Part shown: in pieces, positions 49,801-59,466 of the stretch
Position numbering within the stretch: position 1 is the first letter of the stretch
Layout of the letters: the number at the start of each line of letters is the position of its first letter
Origin: Carcharhinus longimanus
Taxonomy: Eukaryota
Length of the DNA stretch: 64,000 bases
Direction: 5' to 3'
NCBI GenBank assembly: GCA_030264375.1
Contig: JASCQW010000081.1
Coordinates: forward strand, 93,867,814-93,931,813
Notes under the pieces: generated by a model
Database searches by the model: none
Told to the model about the DNA's origin: nothing
What the model saw: the letters and a program-made list of their open reading frames with translations, nothing else
Position numbers and translations under genes: made by a program

Positions 49801-52800
49801 GGTTGTAAAGATGGTTAGTAATGAAATTATTCATGAAGGCCCTGCCCTCCGAAACCTGCTGGTGGGCAGAACTGTGATGATTCTCCGATTAAAATATCAC
49901 CAGGCACAGTCTATTGCCATCTGTGACGAAGGTGGCATTACCTTACTTCTGAAGGGGACGACAATAAATTCATCAACATCGAGTTAAATTCATCAATACT
50001 TTAACTTCTGCTGTTTAAGTTCTGAATGACTAAATCACTTCCAAATCGCATCTTACGCATAGATTCCATATTTTAATAGGCAGTACAATTGAGGCATGTT
50101 GGATCAACCATGATCCAACTGAATGTCGCGACATGCTTGAGGGGCTGAACTGCCTACTCCAGCCTCTGTTTGTTATGGACCAGATCTGCTGAATTTAGTC
50201 GCCTGCATGTCTTCAATAAAGATGATAGCTCTGTGGCTTCAAATTCCTCAAGGAGCATTGAAAAATCCAATATATTTTCAACTATTACATCCAACAAAGT
50301 TGCCAATCATTTATATAAATGATGCACATCACACGTGTCTCTCAGTATCCATCGAATTAGCTTTCCCAGTATCACGTCCACAGTCATAATGGCTGTTTAA
50401 TTTATTTCTGCTCCACTGCATGCTTTTCTAGTTTTTCAACGAACCAATCAATATTTTGTGCCATATTCTGTAAAGACAGATGAAATTCCGGTCCAAAGTT
50501 TCCAAGGTGTCTGTCTTCATTATCAAACTACAAGTGATCAACATTGGCATTAGGTTCCTCTTTAACATGATTTATATAAAATTTGGGAGATTTCACTGTC
50601 CATTACGCAATTGCTTACTGTTGCATCGCAAACCCACAGTGTATTCCTCTTTATTTTGTTTCATGCTACTTCGCTTCTTCATAAAGCGTTCCTTACCTCC
50701 TTCCCTGATTAGTTGCCTCAAAATGATACGCCTTTTTCAATTTCGTAGCACACTTCATTAGTTAGGTAGACGTGGATGGTGAATCCTTCACATCGTGACT
50801 TTCTTGCTGAATATATACTTTTGCTAAGAATTATGGAATATTTTCCCAAACTGCTGCCACGGCTTTTCTCTTCCTGTGCATTTTATATTGTTCTCCCAGT
50901 ATGATCAAGCCATTTTTTTTTTATCATTTCTTTGCCTTACTTCAATTAAAGTTTCCTAAAGAGTACTTTGAGGTTACTCGCCATCACTTCCCCATTCCAA
51001 ATTGTTAGGTAAGAATTACACTTTTCCACGATTTGTTCAAAACATAATGGTCTGGGAAAATTTCCTAATAGGTATATCAACTGATGTGGCCGATTTAGGA
51101 TTTTGAACTCGTGAAAAAAAAACAGCATAGCAGTGGACACAGAAGGCATAGACGCAAAATAGAAGAGCAACACTTTTGAACAGAGATGAGGACGAATATC
51201 TTCAGCCAGAGGTTGTTGAATCTATGGAATTCATTGTCTGTCAATCAAGGCCAGATGAGTGGCTTTTTTTAAATAAGATGGAGATAGATACGTTTTTGAA
51301 CTATAAGAGGGTTTAATGGTCATGGCGAAAGGGCGAGAGAATGGCGATCAGGAAATTATCCGCCATCTGGAAGAGAGAAGGGATCTACCATGGCGGGGCC
51401 ACAAGGGACGAGCCTTAGTGGAGCAACACCAGGCGGGACGGCCCGATTGGGAAGGAGGGAGAACTACTGCGCAATTCACGGTTGTGATGAAAGGGAAAAC
51501 GAAAGGGTCTCCTATCATTCTGCAAATGTTGGGGTGGGCGATGCTACTCTGCAGGACAGCGGTGGGAAGGGGTCACCCATTGTCAAACTGCATAAAATTG
51601 ATGGGATGGAACTGGGGCCCACTATGCATGAGATAGTTGGGGATTTGGCGGCGCGATTGGTCTGGGCGGTAAGGAACGTCACGCGGCTAGGTTGATATTT
51701 TCGGGCGGTGTGTGTCTCGCCATCGGCCACGGACCCCTGCGATAGCGGTGGGGATGGGAGGTGGCTACGTTGAGGCCGGCGTCTGCAGCAGTGGCCTGAC
51801 AGGTCTATATCTCGGTCACGCTTCTGCAGTTGCAAATGTGTTTGTGCGGCCACAGAGGTCTGCACAAGCGTAATAGCTCCCTCTGCTTCTTGGTCAAACT
51901 GGCCGGCATGTAAAGCCCCGTCCACTTTCTCTGCTGGCTGTAATGATCTGGTCTATTCTTTTCATGTACTGAGTGGATCAGATTCGAAGTAAAGGATTGT
52001 CCAAAAATGTGATCTGAAACTTTCCCATTTTCACGCTGGTTGGACAATTAGATTTTTTTCATAAAATTTTTCCATCAAAGTGATGAATCTCTCAAAAACG
52101 AAACTAAAATAAATGTTCCCTACGCAGCGAAAGGTTTTGAAATATGTGTTCAGGACTTAAACTATCCACTCATAGCGTTGCATCTTCGAGTAAATTTTCA
52201 TTGCCAAATGGCGAATGCGTTTTCTAAACAGTGAAGCGTTCGTGTGTGTGCGTCTTGAACATTTCAACGTTAGAATTTGACAAAGTTGCTATTGATAACA
52301 CCAACGCGGAATGTAAAATTGGAATTTACGTTCAAGAAGATTTAAATAAATTGGATTGGAAATGAAAAAAAGAAACAATACTGGTCAATAACTCTTCATT
52401 AGTAATATTGCTCACGGAATGTTAATCCTATCGGTTTATTTGGATTACATCATCACAAGAACATGACATCACTCCGAAAAAAGAAACAAAACATTTCTGA
52501 ATCTCTTGGTGACGTGGTGGCTGCACAGTAACAGTCACACGACACAAATGCCTCACTGAAACAGACACTGTAATCGCCACCCTTTAACATTCAATGGTGT
52601 TACCAACACTGAATGCCCCACGTCAATATCCTGGGCAGTGAGTTGACAAGAAAATCAACTGGACCACCACATAAACTCAAAGGCTGCAAGAGCTGCTCAG
52701 AGGCTTGGAATATTGTCGCGAGTAACTCATATCATGTTACCGCAAAGCCTTTCCGCCTTCTGCAAAACAGCAACATGAAAAAAAAAATGACCCACTTGCC

Positions 52801-55106
52801 TCGATGGGTGCAGCTCCAAAAGCAGTCATGACGTTTCTCACCATCCGGAATGACAAAAAAACTGCCCACTTGCTCGGCATCACATCTACAGATGTTCACT
52901 CTTTCCAAAACCGATGCTCAGTTTCAGCGGTGTGTACTATATACAAGTAATTCACCAACGAACCTTTCAGAACAACTTCCGAACCCGCCTTCACTTTTGT
53001 CCATAAAGGCAAGGGCAGCAGGTTCATGAAAAAAAAACAGCACCCGCACTTTCCCCTCCAAGCCACTATCCCTCCTAACTTGGAAATATATCATTAGCAT
53101 ATGTCCCTTCACAGTCGTTGGGCCCAAATCGTGGAATTCGTCCCCTAAAGTTATTGAGAATCAATTCACATCACATGGGCTACAGCGAATCAACAGGCGG
53201 TTCAGCATCATCTGCTCAAGGGCAACTGGGAATGGACAAATAATGCTGGCCAGCGGGTGAGCCTACGTCTCATGAATTATTCATAAACGTTTCGGGAGTG
53301 TGTGAAGAGCAAACCAAACATTCAAATAAAGCAAACATGTGGACAATTATACCCGGAAGTTCATTTCGGATGCCCCAAGGAACACTAATTTCATTAATTT
53401 AGTTGTTTTTCCGCCAGCCAAATAGGCATTTCTGCGCTGCTACTTTCATATGTGTGCTTGTGTGTGTGTGAGTGTGTGTGTGTGTGTGTATTGGGAAAAC
53501 ATTGCACTTATTCCTGGATAGACAATAAACTTGAAAATACAACCTTGTTCTAAGTAAGAGTTGAAATACTGATTACTCTGGAATAACTGGGTGTGGGATT
53601 CATCGTGATAAAGATTTTGGATCAATTCGAAAAGTTGTTTATTGATCCATTCAAACTTGCAGCGAGAATCAATCCCTGTGGGAAAACCTGAACTCTATAC
53701 AATGTGTAACTGTGCAGAAGTCAAGTATTGTCATGATTATCGTTAAAAAAATGTAAATAAACGAACATATCTGCAATTCCAAATGGGATGATCTAAATAG
53801 TCAAACCTCTGTGTTTTAAGACAGTGACGATTTTATGAAAAGATGCTTGGGATGTGGGGAGACACAGAACATTGTAATGCAACTTTTATGTAGGATATAA
53901 AATGTGTCCTTATCGATGTGTTGATGGTAGCATTTTCTGATAAAATATGTTTTTTTTTAACAGTAAAAATGGAACCTGGTAGTTGGCTAAAATATATATT
54001 CAGTGCACAGGGTGCTCGCTTTCTATCTTGTTCTAACTCAGCTCAAAACTTTCACGACCTGTAGATCTGCAGACACGTTTTGCCATTCTCTATACCCAGC
54101 CTGTGAATCCATCTCAAGGTTAACTTCTGTTTTTTTGCTACTGCTTTCAACATTTTGCGCTACGTATGTCTTTCCAATATTCGTTTTGGCATTAAAAATG
54201 GATGTACCTCTTCACTTGTCTGATGCAATGTATATTATTTTTCAACTTGCAACTTAGCATATTTGGACGGCCTCTTTTTTCTCACAGATAACTTATTTTA
54301 TTTTCCAGTCTTCCAATGCACCTAATAACATCGCTATATTGTACAGTCTTACGTGCTTCTTCAATCGTTATATGCCCGACCTTTCGTTCCACTGATCAGT
54401 TATTTTTAGCTTCAAGAAATGTCTTCCGCCTGAAACTATCTGCCTTCTGCGTTGAACATCACATCTGTTCTCTTTTGTCAAAAATAGACTGAATTACGTG
54501 TCCCCCCCACGCCCATGATACAATATCCTTAAATATAGACCATATTTTCACCTAATATATTTATTCCGAATACGATCCTCGTTCAGAAGCTTTTTTATCC
54601 ATCTTGTAGATTTCAATTGAAGCGTATTTTCATGCCCCCTCCTACATTGGAGCGCAGTGTCCTGAAACGCCGGGTTATTTTGTTTGTTCAGATCTTATTG
54701 AATAAAATAGTGATGCATTCCTGATATAAAACATAGGCATGAGTGATATTGCTCTTTGTGACTAAATATAAACTCTGAATAAAGACCAATGTTTAATTGC
54801 TTTCTTCATAGTTATCTATTGGAATTTTGACAATACATTTTAAAATACAAACTCTAAACGTGGAACAAAGATGTGTGTTTAACTTCTGCAGAAGTGGGTA
54901 ATGAATATGTCTGATTTCATCAGAAATGTTATGTCCGTTACCTGCCACGCCCTACCTTCTGGCTCTCATTACCTTCGTTAATGCTCTTTTGCTTTTTGCT
55001 TGCAGGAACACTTGTTATTTTAAAAATTGTATGCAAGTGCACATTTTTCGTGTACAAATTATTGCCTTACCAGCTTTTTGCAGGGCTTTTTTCAAGTTTT
55101 CTAACT
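730..55106 (-). CDS. Partial multi-exon gene: coiled-coil protein built from repeated phase-1 micro-exons (31-aa repeat), both ends outside or unresolved
   Basis: 15 minus-strand exons of 27/30/36 nt with polypyrimidine-AG and GT donors. Spliced frame is open: [83 protein letters not shown]-[gap][31 protein letters not shown][gap][43 protein letters not shown]. No indels or stops in the exons, whereas flanking introns have many indels. Confidence 0.8.
1645..1834 (+). mobile_element. HE1-type SINE, 3' half
   Basis: gtgcgggttaagtagattggcc...gcagactcaatgggccgaa...ctgcactgtagagttctatgattc. Confidence 0.8.
2503..3452 (-). mobile_element. CR1/HER1-type LINE, 3' fragment
   Basis: (gaacataa)n tail; minus [36 protein letters not shown], typical of the CR1 ORF2 C-terminus. 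Confidence 0.9.
4040..5165 (+). mobile_element. Rex1/Babar-type LINE, decayed RT and 3' end
   Basis: Homologous to 20830-21955 ([22 protein letters not shown]); (aatca)n tail. Confidence 0.8.
5435..7544 (+). mobile_element. CR1/HER1-type LINE, 5'-truncated ORF2 (RT), specific to copy A
   Basis: [47 protein letters not shown] with frameshifts; (gttcttt)n tail. Empty site in copy B at ~22220 (gaaacca|aaatt). Confidence 0.95.
7728..7757 (-). CDS. 30-nt micro-exon, copy A ([10 protein letters not shown])
   Basis: tttcatcttgtttcag|AGTTACAAAAACTGAAAGATCAGCTGGGTG|gtgagt. Confidence 0.82.
7950..9360. promoter_or_regulatory. CpG-retaining intronic block with ISRE-like, CCAAT and GC-box motifs (paralogs ~22620-24030, ~27155-27660, ~36700-37910, ~46450-47760)
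   Basis: Visibly more CG dinucleotides than the flanks; GGAAACCGAAAC 8594-8605; CCAAT ~8475; GAGGCGGGAC ~9171. Function is inferred only. Confidence 0.3.
9505..9531 (-). CDS. 27-nt micro-exon, copy A (QEDAKCKER)
   Basis: cttcattttatcacaacag|AAGAAGACGCGAAGTGTAAAGAGAGAG|gtactt. Confidence 0.78.
10566..10866 (+). mobile_element. HE1-type tRNA-derived SINE nested in a minus-strand CR1 tail (10395-11130)
   Basis: A box tagcacagtgg, B-box-like ggtacgaatcc, central gtctgcgtgggtttcctccgggtgctccggtttc, LINE-derived tail. Confidence 0.9.
11140..12540 (+). mobile_element. Decayed CR1-type LINE ORF2 fragment
   Basis: [18 protein letters not shown]; remnants of DF.KAF..VPH. Paralogous to 25860-26819 and 29700-30750. 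Confidence 0.85.
13244..13279 (-). CDS. 36-nt micro-exon, copy B' ([12 protein letters not shown])
   Basis: tttcttgtttcctccatcag|AAATAAGGAGACTAAAAGATGAACTGCAAAAAGCCC|gtaagc. Confidence 0.8.
13481..15207 (+). pseudogene. env: Retroviral env pseudogene (class I fusion protein, short SU and long TM ectodomain)
   Basis: [22 protein letters not shown]; furin site RSKR (13861-13872) then fusion-peptide-like [14 protein letters not shown]; helical region; Cys-rich segment (RYCVATT..LICPIP..NFCF); membrane-proximal heptads ([15 protein letters not shown]); TM helix [26 protein letters not shown]. Several stops and frameshifts. Confidence 0.82.
13833..13860. repeat. (AC)14 microsatellite inside env
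   Basis: Seen directly. Confidence 0.95.
15337..15986 (+). repeat. 3' LTR (650 bp)
   Basis: Terminal inverted TGTTA/TAACA, TATAAA at 15827-15832, AATAAA at 15918-15923, immediately after the PPT. Confidence 0.88.
16433..16468 (-). CDS. 36-nt micro-exon, copy B ([12 protein letters not shown])
   Basis: tttcttgtttcctccatcag|AAATAAGGAAACTAAAAGATGAACTGCAAAAAGCCA|gtaaga. Confidence 0.8.
18775..19112 (+). mobile_element. HE1-type SINE, specific to copy B
   Basis: ggggcggcacggtagcacagtggttag...gggttcgattcc...gggttctatgattc; absent at the homologous sites ~2385 and ~33850. Confidence 0.93.
19228..20210 (-). mobile_element. CR1/HER1-type LINE, 3' fragment (paralog of 2503-3452)
   Basis: Minus ORFs [20 protein letters not shown] and [32 protein letters not shown]. 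Confidence 0.9.
20830..21955 (+). mobile_element. Rex1/Babar-type LINE fragment
   Basis: [36 protein letters not shown]; (aatca)n tail. Confidence 0.85.
22403..22432 (-). CDS. 30-nt micro-exon, copy B ([10 protein letters not shown])
   Basis: tttcatcttgtttcag|AAATTCAAAGACTGAAAGACCAACTGATTG|gtgagt. Confidence 0.82.
24181..24207 (-). CDS. 27-nt micro-exon, copy B (xDELRYKER)
   Basis: cttcattttatcacaacag|AAGACGAATTGAGATATAAAGAGAGAG|gtactt. Confidence 0.78.
25273..25592 (+). mobile_element. HE1-type SINE (paralog of 10566)
   Basis: Same SINE motifs and same insertion site. Confidence 0.9.
25860..26819 (+). mobile_element. Decayed CR1-type LINE fragment (paralog of 11140-12120)
   Basis: [19 protein letters not shown]; ends at a gap. 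Confidence 0.85.
26968..27141 (+). pseudogene. THAP zinc-finger domain pseudogene fragment (intronless)
   Basis: One frame from ATG 26968: [57 protein letters not shown]. Fits the THAP pattern M..C....C....FH.FP......W...V.R....P.....LCS.HF, with the first Cys codon replaced by TGA and the His lost. Confidence 0.85.
27794..27820 (-). CDS. 27-nt micro-exon, copy C (QDDLRHKDR)
   Basis: cttccttttatcacaacag|AAGACGACCTGAGACATAAAGACAGAG|gtactt. Confidence 0.78.
28786..29014 (+). mobile_element. HE1-type SINE (paralog of 10566), truncated by a gap
   Basis: ggcatggtagcacagtg...gggtttcctccgggcgctccgg. Confidence 0.88.
29437..30750 (+). mobile_element. Younger CR1 3' tail (29437-29688) followed by an older decayed CR1 fragment
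   Basis: [15 protein letters not shown] and (ttcttatg)n tail, then a paralog of 11490-12540. Confidence 0.85.
31465..31500 (-). CDS. 36-nt micro-exon, copy D ([12 protein letters not shown])
   Basis: cttgtttcctccgtcag|ATATAAGGAAAACAAAAGAGGAACTGCAAAAAGCCC|gtaagc. Confidence 0.8.
34545..35675 (+). mobile_element. Rex1/Babar-type LINE fragment (copy D)
   Basis: [20 protein letters not shown]; (aatcg/aatca)n tail. Confidence 0.85.
35722..36075 (+). mobile_element. CR1-type LINE insertion spanning a gap, specific to copy D
   Basis: [16 protein letters not shown] before the gap; gggccgaagggcctgtttcc...(gttcttt)n tail after it. Confidence 0.85.
36481..36510 (-). CDS. 30-nt micro-exon, copy D ([10 protein letters not shown])
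   Basis: tttcatcttgtttcag|AGATTCAAAGACTGAAAGACGAACTGCGTG|gtgagt. Confidence 0.82.
38055..38081 (-). CDS. 27-nt micro-exon, copy D (EEDVRYKER)
   Basis: cttcattttatcacaacag|AAGAAGACGTAAGATATAAAGAGAGAG|gtactt. Confidence 0.78.
38925..39318 (-). mobile_element. CR1 3' tail without the nested HE1 SINE (empty-site version)
   Basis: Homologous to 10395-11090 but continuous across the SINE position (~39088). Confidence 0.8.
39475..39510 (-). CDS. 36-nt micro-exon, copy E ([12 protein letters not shown])
   Basis: tttcttctttcttccctcag|ATCTGCCAAAACTAAAAGATGACGTGCGAAGAGCCG|gtgagg. Confidence 0.8.
39990..40610 (-). mobile_element. Old CR1 ORF2 fragment (paralogs near 1320-1480, 17020-17390, 32020-32340)
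   Basis: Paralogous minus-strand translation [24 protein letters not shown]...E.FE.LFTK. Confidence 0.7.
42463..42687 (-). mobile_element. Young CR1 3' tail running into a gap
   Basis: (gaacataa)n tail; [19 protein letters not shown]. Confidence 0.9.
43332..44110 (-). mobile_element. Rex1/Babar-type LINE fragment
   Basis: (gatt)n tail; reverse complements of [15 protein letters not shown] and [10 protein letters not shown]. Confidence 0.8.
44115..44810 (-). mobile_element. CR1-type ORF1 (esterase-region) remnant
   Basis: Reverse complement of ~44330-44370 reads [18 protein letters not shown], resembling the SGNH-like CR1 ORF1 motif. Confidence 0.7.
44895..45778 (+). mobile_element. Rex1/Babar-type LINE fragment (copy E)
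   Basis: [37 protein letters not shown]; same unit position as the other Rex1 fragments. Confidence 0.85.
46206..46235 (-). CDS. 30-nt micro-exon, copy E ([10 protein letters not shown])
   Basis: ttttaaacttgtttcag|AGCTACAAAGATTGCAAGATCAACTGAAGG|gtgagt. Confidence 0.82.
47909..47935 (-). CDS. 27-nt micro-exon, copy E (EDDLKYKER)
   Basis: cttcgttttgccacaacag|AAGACGATCTGAAATATAAAGAAAGAG|gtactt. Confidence 0.78.
49500..50100 (-). mobile_element. Highly decayed CR1-type RT fragment
   Basis: Reverse-complement remnants of DF.KAFD (~49700-49725) and GVPQG (~49555-49575). Confidence 0.5.
52500..53283 (+). mobile_element. Old CR1/L2-group LINE, 3' end
   Basis: Remnant of NILG..DKKINWT.HI; tail ctgctcaagggcaactgggaatggacaaataatgctggccagc. 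Confidence 0.75.
53451..53489. repeat. Imperfect (TG)n microsatellite
   Basis: Seen directly. Confidence 0.9.
55071..55106 (-). CDS. 36-nt micro-exon outside the array ([12 protein letters not shown])
   Basis: attgcttgttttag|AGTTAGAAAACTTGAAAAAAGCCCTGCAAAAAGCTG|gtaagg. Same length, phase and LQKA ending as the in-array 36-nt exons, in flanking DNA not recognisably homologous to the units. Confidence 0.8.
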
Positions 55107-55431
55107 CTAAAACAAGCAATTATATAAATCCTGTTAGTAACTAATATTTGGCTTTAATCAGATATACCCCAGTGCCATGACAATTTCTGGATAAATCATT
55201 GCTGCTACAGAGCTTTCACGCAGAATTGAAACATATGTTGTGTATGTGGAAAATACTTGACATCTTGAGGTATTGTAAGTGAAAACTAATTCTTTATCAA
55301 AAGGAATGGCATCCAGAATACTTGATAATTGCCCTATATCTTCTAGAAGCAGTACACTACATGATAAACAGAGAAGAATTGCGGGAATATTCACGAACAG
55401 CTTATTCATAATTTGTGCCTGATACATCAAG

Positions 55432-55755
55432 ATCATAAGAGGTTATTGCAGAAGGTCAGGGGACATGGAGTTGGGGGTAGGGTGTTAGCGTGGATAGAGG
55501 ATTGGTTGTNNNNNNNNNNNNNNNNNNNNNNNNNNNNNNNNNNNNNNNNNNNNNNNNNNNNNNNNNNNNNNNNNNNNNNNNNNNNNNNNNNNNNNNNNNN
55601 NNNNNNNNNGGTCTGACAAGGGTCTTATAAAGTTGCAGCATTACCTCCCGACTCCTAAACTCAATCCCTCGATTAATGAAGGCTAGAAGGTTCCTTGGAC
55701 TGGCATGGACAAGATGGGCCAAATAGCCTCTTTTTGTGCCGTAACTTTTCTATGG
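55432..55755. mobile_element. CR1 fragments of opposite orientation flanking a 100-N gap
   Basis: Plus HKRLLQKVRGHGVGGRVLAWIEDWL; minus LLAFINRGIEFRSREVMLQLYKTLVR. Confidence 0.85.
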
Positions 55756-55906
55756 TGCCCAGGTTGTGAGGTTGAATGAGATTCCAAGGATGTGGAGGGC
55801 ACGAGGCAATGGAAGGATTTGAAACTAAGAATGTGTTAAAATGGAAGTATTGCCTGGCTGGGTCACCATGTCAATCAGTACACACGGGGCAATGGAACAG
55901 AGTTAC

Positions 55907-55915
55907 CTCTCTCAA
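55907..55915 (-). CDS. Candidate 9-nt phase-1 micro-exon (xER)
   Basis: aaatgtttctctgttag|TTGAGAGAG|gtaact. Ends in GAGAGAG like the 27-nt exons and is in frame with 55071-55106. Single copy, so no conservation test. Confidence 0.45.
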
Positions 55916-56092
55916 CTAACAGAGAAACATTTACTATCAAATCAGTGTCTTTATATAAGATTTCTGGGTTTTTTTCACTAAAATCTTTAAGATAATCAAA
56001 ACTTCTGACCCTGGAAGCAGCGATATAACTCTGTCCATGTGTAAAAACAGGTCCAGGAATATGAACACTTGCATTTTGTCAAGACTTGTTAA

Positions 56093-56421
56093 GGGACCAG
56101 CACGGTGGCACAGTGGTTCGCGCTGCTGCCTCACAGTGTCAGGGACCTGGGTTCAATTCCATCCTCGGGTCACTGTCTGCGTGGAGTCTGCACATTCTCC
56201 CCGTGTCTGTGTGGGTTTCCTCCGGGTGCTTTGGTTTCCTCCCACAGTCCAAAGGTGTGCGGGTTAGGTGAACTGGCCGTGATAAATTGCCCCATATAGT
56301 GTCAGGGGGATTAGCAGGGGAAATATGTGCAGTTACAGGAATAGGGTCTGGGTGGGATTGTGATCAGTGCAGACTCTATGGGCCGAATGGCCTCCTTCTG
56401 CACTGTAGATTCTGTGATTCT
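56093..56421 (+). mobile_element. HE1-type SINE
   Basis: cacggtggcacagtgg, gggttcaattcc, central domain, tail gcactgtagattctgtgattct. Confidence 0.92.
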
Positions 56422-56809
56422 GTCCTTGTGACTTGTGAGTGAATATGGAAGTTTAATTGAGTTAAAAAGGCAGCTTTGCATCTGATGGAAGGATCCAAGG
56501 AATAAACAACCAATCTCGTCCTGAAACAAAGTCCTTGTTTAGGATTCAGGTTTTGCAGCAACGTTTAAACTGTTCCTTCCTTGATTTTGAGTTGGGAGAT
56601 AGCTGCCCTTTGGAATGTGTCTGCATTGACACTGTAGCCTCTGAACTTGGCCTGCCTGAGTCAATGATTCAAATCCAGTGAATCTTAATTTTTAGCACAA
56701 AGAATAGCTTTCCAGTGGTAAATACAATGGATATGAGTGTAAATACAGTATGTACGAGTATACATATGATATACATGTGTAGACATACAGAATATACACG
56801 TGTAAATAT

Positions 56810-56913
56810 AGTGGAACTGAGCCACGACAGATCAGCCATGATCTTATTGAATGGCGGGGCAGGCTCGAAGGGCCAGATGGCCTACTCCTGCTCCTATTTC
56901 TTATGTTCTTATG
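56810..56913 (+). mobile_element. Short CR1 3' tail
   Basis: gatcagccatgatcttattgaatggcgg...cctactcctgctcctatttcttatgttcttatg. Confidence 0.85.
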
Positions 56914-58207
56914 TAATTATACGCTATCATATTGGCCTGGTTAATCTACTTAAAATGAATTTTCATTCATGTCTTAACATGGGTAATCTATGGAGATGAT
57001 GTTTCTCGGCTAATGTGGTCTATGTATATTGTTCTACCCTATTCGACATGATTGCTAAAATGTTCACTTTGTGAATAATGTGGGCTGACATATTTTGGAA
57101 TGTATGTTCCTTAAGCAATCAACTAGGCGAAGTTAAGACGTGTTTCTTTTTTATATGTTTACTATAACATAGAACTGTCCAATTATTCAAATTTCGATAA
57201 ATGACATTACCGGAAGCTTTCGTTGAATTCACGAAAAGGCACAGGAATGCAAAACAAAATGCACATATACAAATGGTTAATATGATTACGATTGTCATGC
57301 AGTTCATGTCTTACATTCTACGACAAATTATGTAACATGACATTAAGAATAGTCAATAGCAAACTTAAAAAAAAATCCTTGTTGCTTAACTAACTTGCAT
57401 GAGTGTTGTTGCGCTAACTTCATGAACTATTTTTGTACGTCGTTTTATGAAATTCGTCTGCGCTAGAATCAGAAGTGAAATCCTGTGGCAGAACTGAAGT
57501 CAGGATTTTTCATTACAATCAATACGCCGTCGAACCGATTATGTCGTGCATCTAATTGACAATAAGTCACATTTTAAAACGTTTACGACGAAACCATAAT
57601 GTGCTTCTATAACATGCCTTCATTAGGAGATGTCTTCCTATGTTTCTTCCACAAGTCCAATTAACTACCGACTGTTATTATGAACGGGCTTTACAAGTCA
57701 ACTTTACAATGTTATCCTGTGTCCACGTTGCCTCACAATGTATGTGACTTGCAATGCACCGCTGGTTTTAACATTCAACGTCCCTTAGAAATGCCTTACA
57801 AAGTAATTGTTTCTAGGGGACTCATATATGTTGTAGCCACGTAGTCATTAATATATAAATATGATTCAAAAGGTAGAAAATGCCGGTTAATATATTTTTC
57901 CCTACTGAAATTTAGAGCAATCGGCAACTAAGTGGGACGTTTTCTTCCAGTGAATACTAAAACAAACACTTGGAGTGACTATATGGAATGAAGAATGTCG
58001 TGTTAGTCATGAGATAATGTCATTAGTATTAACAACCTATAGGACTCTGGTGTGTAACTGTATTACAAAAGAAGTTTGAAAACGTTGACCAAAGTTGATT
58101 TCTTTTTAAAAAAAAGGGCAACACAGAGACATTTGTTTTTAAAATGTTTATTTATTAGTGTCACAATAAGGCTTACATTAACACTGCAGTTAGGTTACTG
58201 TGAAACT

Positions 58208-59466
58208 AACAAATTTGATTGATTTCTTTTGAGGAGGTGACCACGTATGTAGACGAGGGTAATACAGTTGATGTAGTTGATATGGATTGCAGCATAGCCT
58301 TTGACAATGTCTCACGTGGGGAATTTGTAAAGACGATACATGCATATACGATACAGAAAACATGTGAGAGAAAATTGGCTCAATTGTAGGAGAGGGACGG
58401 AAGGCAGTTTTAGAAACGGAAGGTCAGTATCCACTGGTGTACCAAAGGGAGCTATGTTCTATCCCCTATTACTTGTATTATTCGTCAGTGATATAAATGG
58501 CATCATTGACTGTGTGTGGTGCGCGCGCGCGCGCGTTGGGGGGAGGGGTGGGGTGGGTGGACATGTGGGAAGTGGGGGGACTGTGGTGTTAATAATAAGT
58601 TTGCAGCCGGCACAATGTTTGGTTTGTTGGCTCTCAGGGAGGCTGAGTGTCATTAACTAAAATACGATACAGACGGAATGCTAAAACGTGCGGGCAGTTG
58701 GCTGATGCAATTTAATATTGAGACGTGTTAGATGATACACGTTGGTTGGGGAAATTTGACAAATATTTATTCAATGAATGAGAGAACTTTATAATTGTAT
58801 TTAAATAAAATGTCTGTAAAGGTGGCATTTTAGTTGGTTGATTAAAATTGCATTTGGGACACTTGCCTCAACAATCGAGACATAGGCTAACCTTGTTGAG
58901 GCCACAGCTAGAGTAATGTGTGCATTTCTGATCGCCACAAATTATGGGAGAATATGATTGGTCTGGAGGGGGTGCAGAGGAGTTTCATCAGGGTGCTACC
59001 AGTGATGGGACATTTAAGTTATCAGGGGAGGTTGGGTAGGCGTTGTTTGTTGTCGATGGAGCAGGAGTAGCTAAAGGCGACCTGATCGAGGTATATCAGA
59101 TTATGGGGGGCGTGGACAGAGTAATTTAGAAACAGTTGTTTCCCTGGTTGAATGATCAGCTATAAAACGACAAACCCTCAAGATCAGGGGCGTGAGGTTA
59201 AGGATGGACGTGGGGAAAAACGTTTTTGCCCAGTAAGCGGTGATGCTCTGGAGCGTGGTGGCTAGAAGTGTTGCAGAAGCGGGTTCTCTCATGTTTTCTT
59301 TAAAAAGCACTGAAATGGGAACTTGACACGTCATAAGGCTATGGGCCAAGTTCTTGTAAACTGGATAAGAGGGAAGTTCAGGAGTTTCTCGCATATCGAT
59401 ACAGGCTCGGTGGTTGGAAGGTGCTCTTCTGCACCGAACGATTATTTAATTCTAAGATTCTATGAC
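58208..59466 (+). mobile_element. Decayed CR1-type LINE, RT to 3' tail
   Basis: Remnants NLIDFFEEVT..VDEG..VDV, SVSTGVPKG; tail ttctaagattctatg. Confidence 0.8.
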
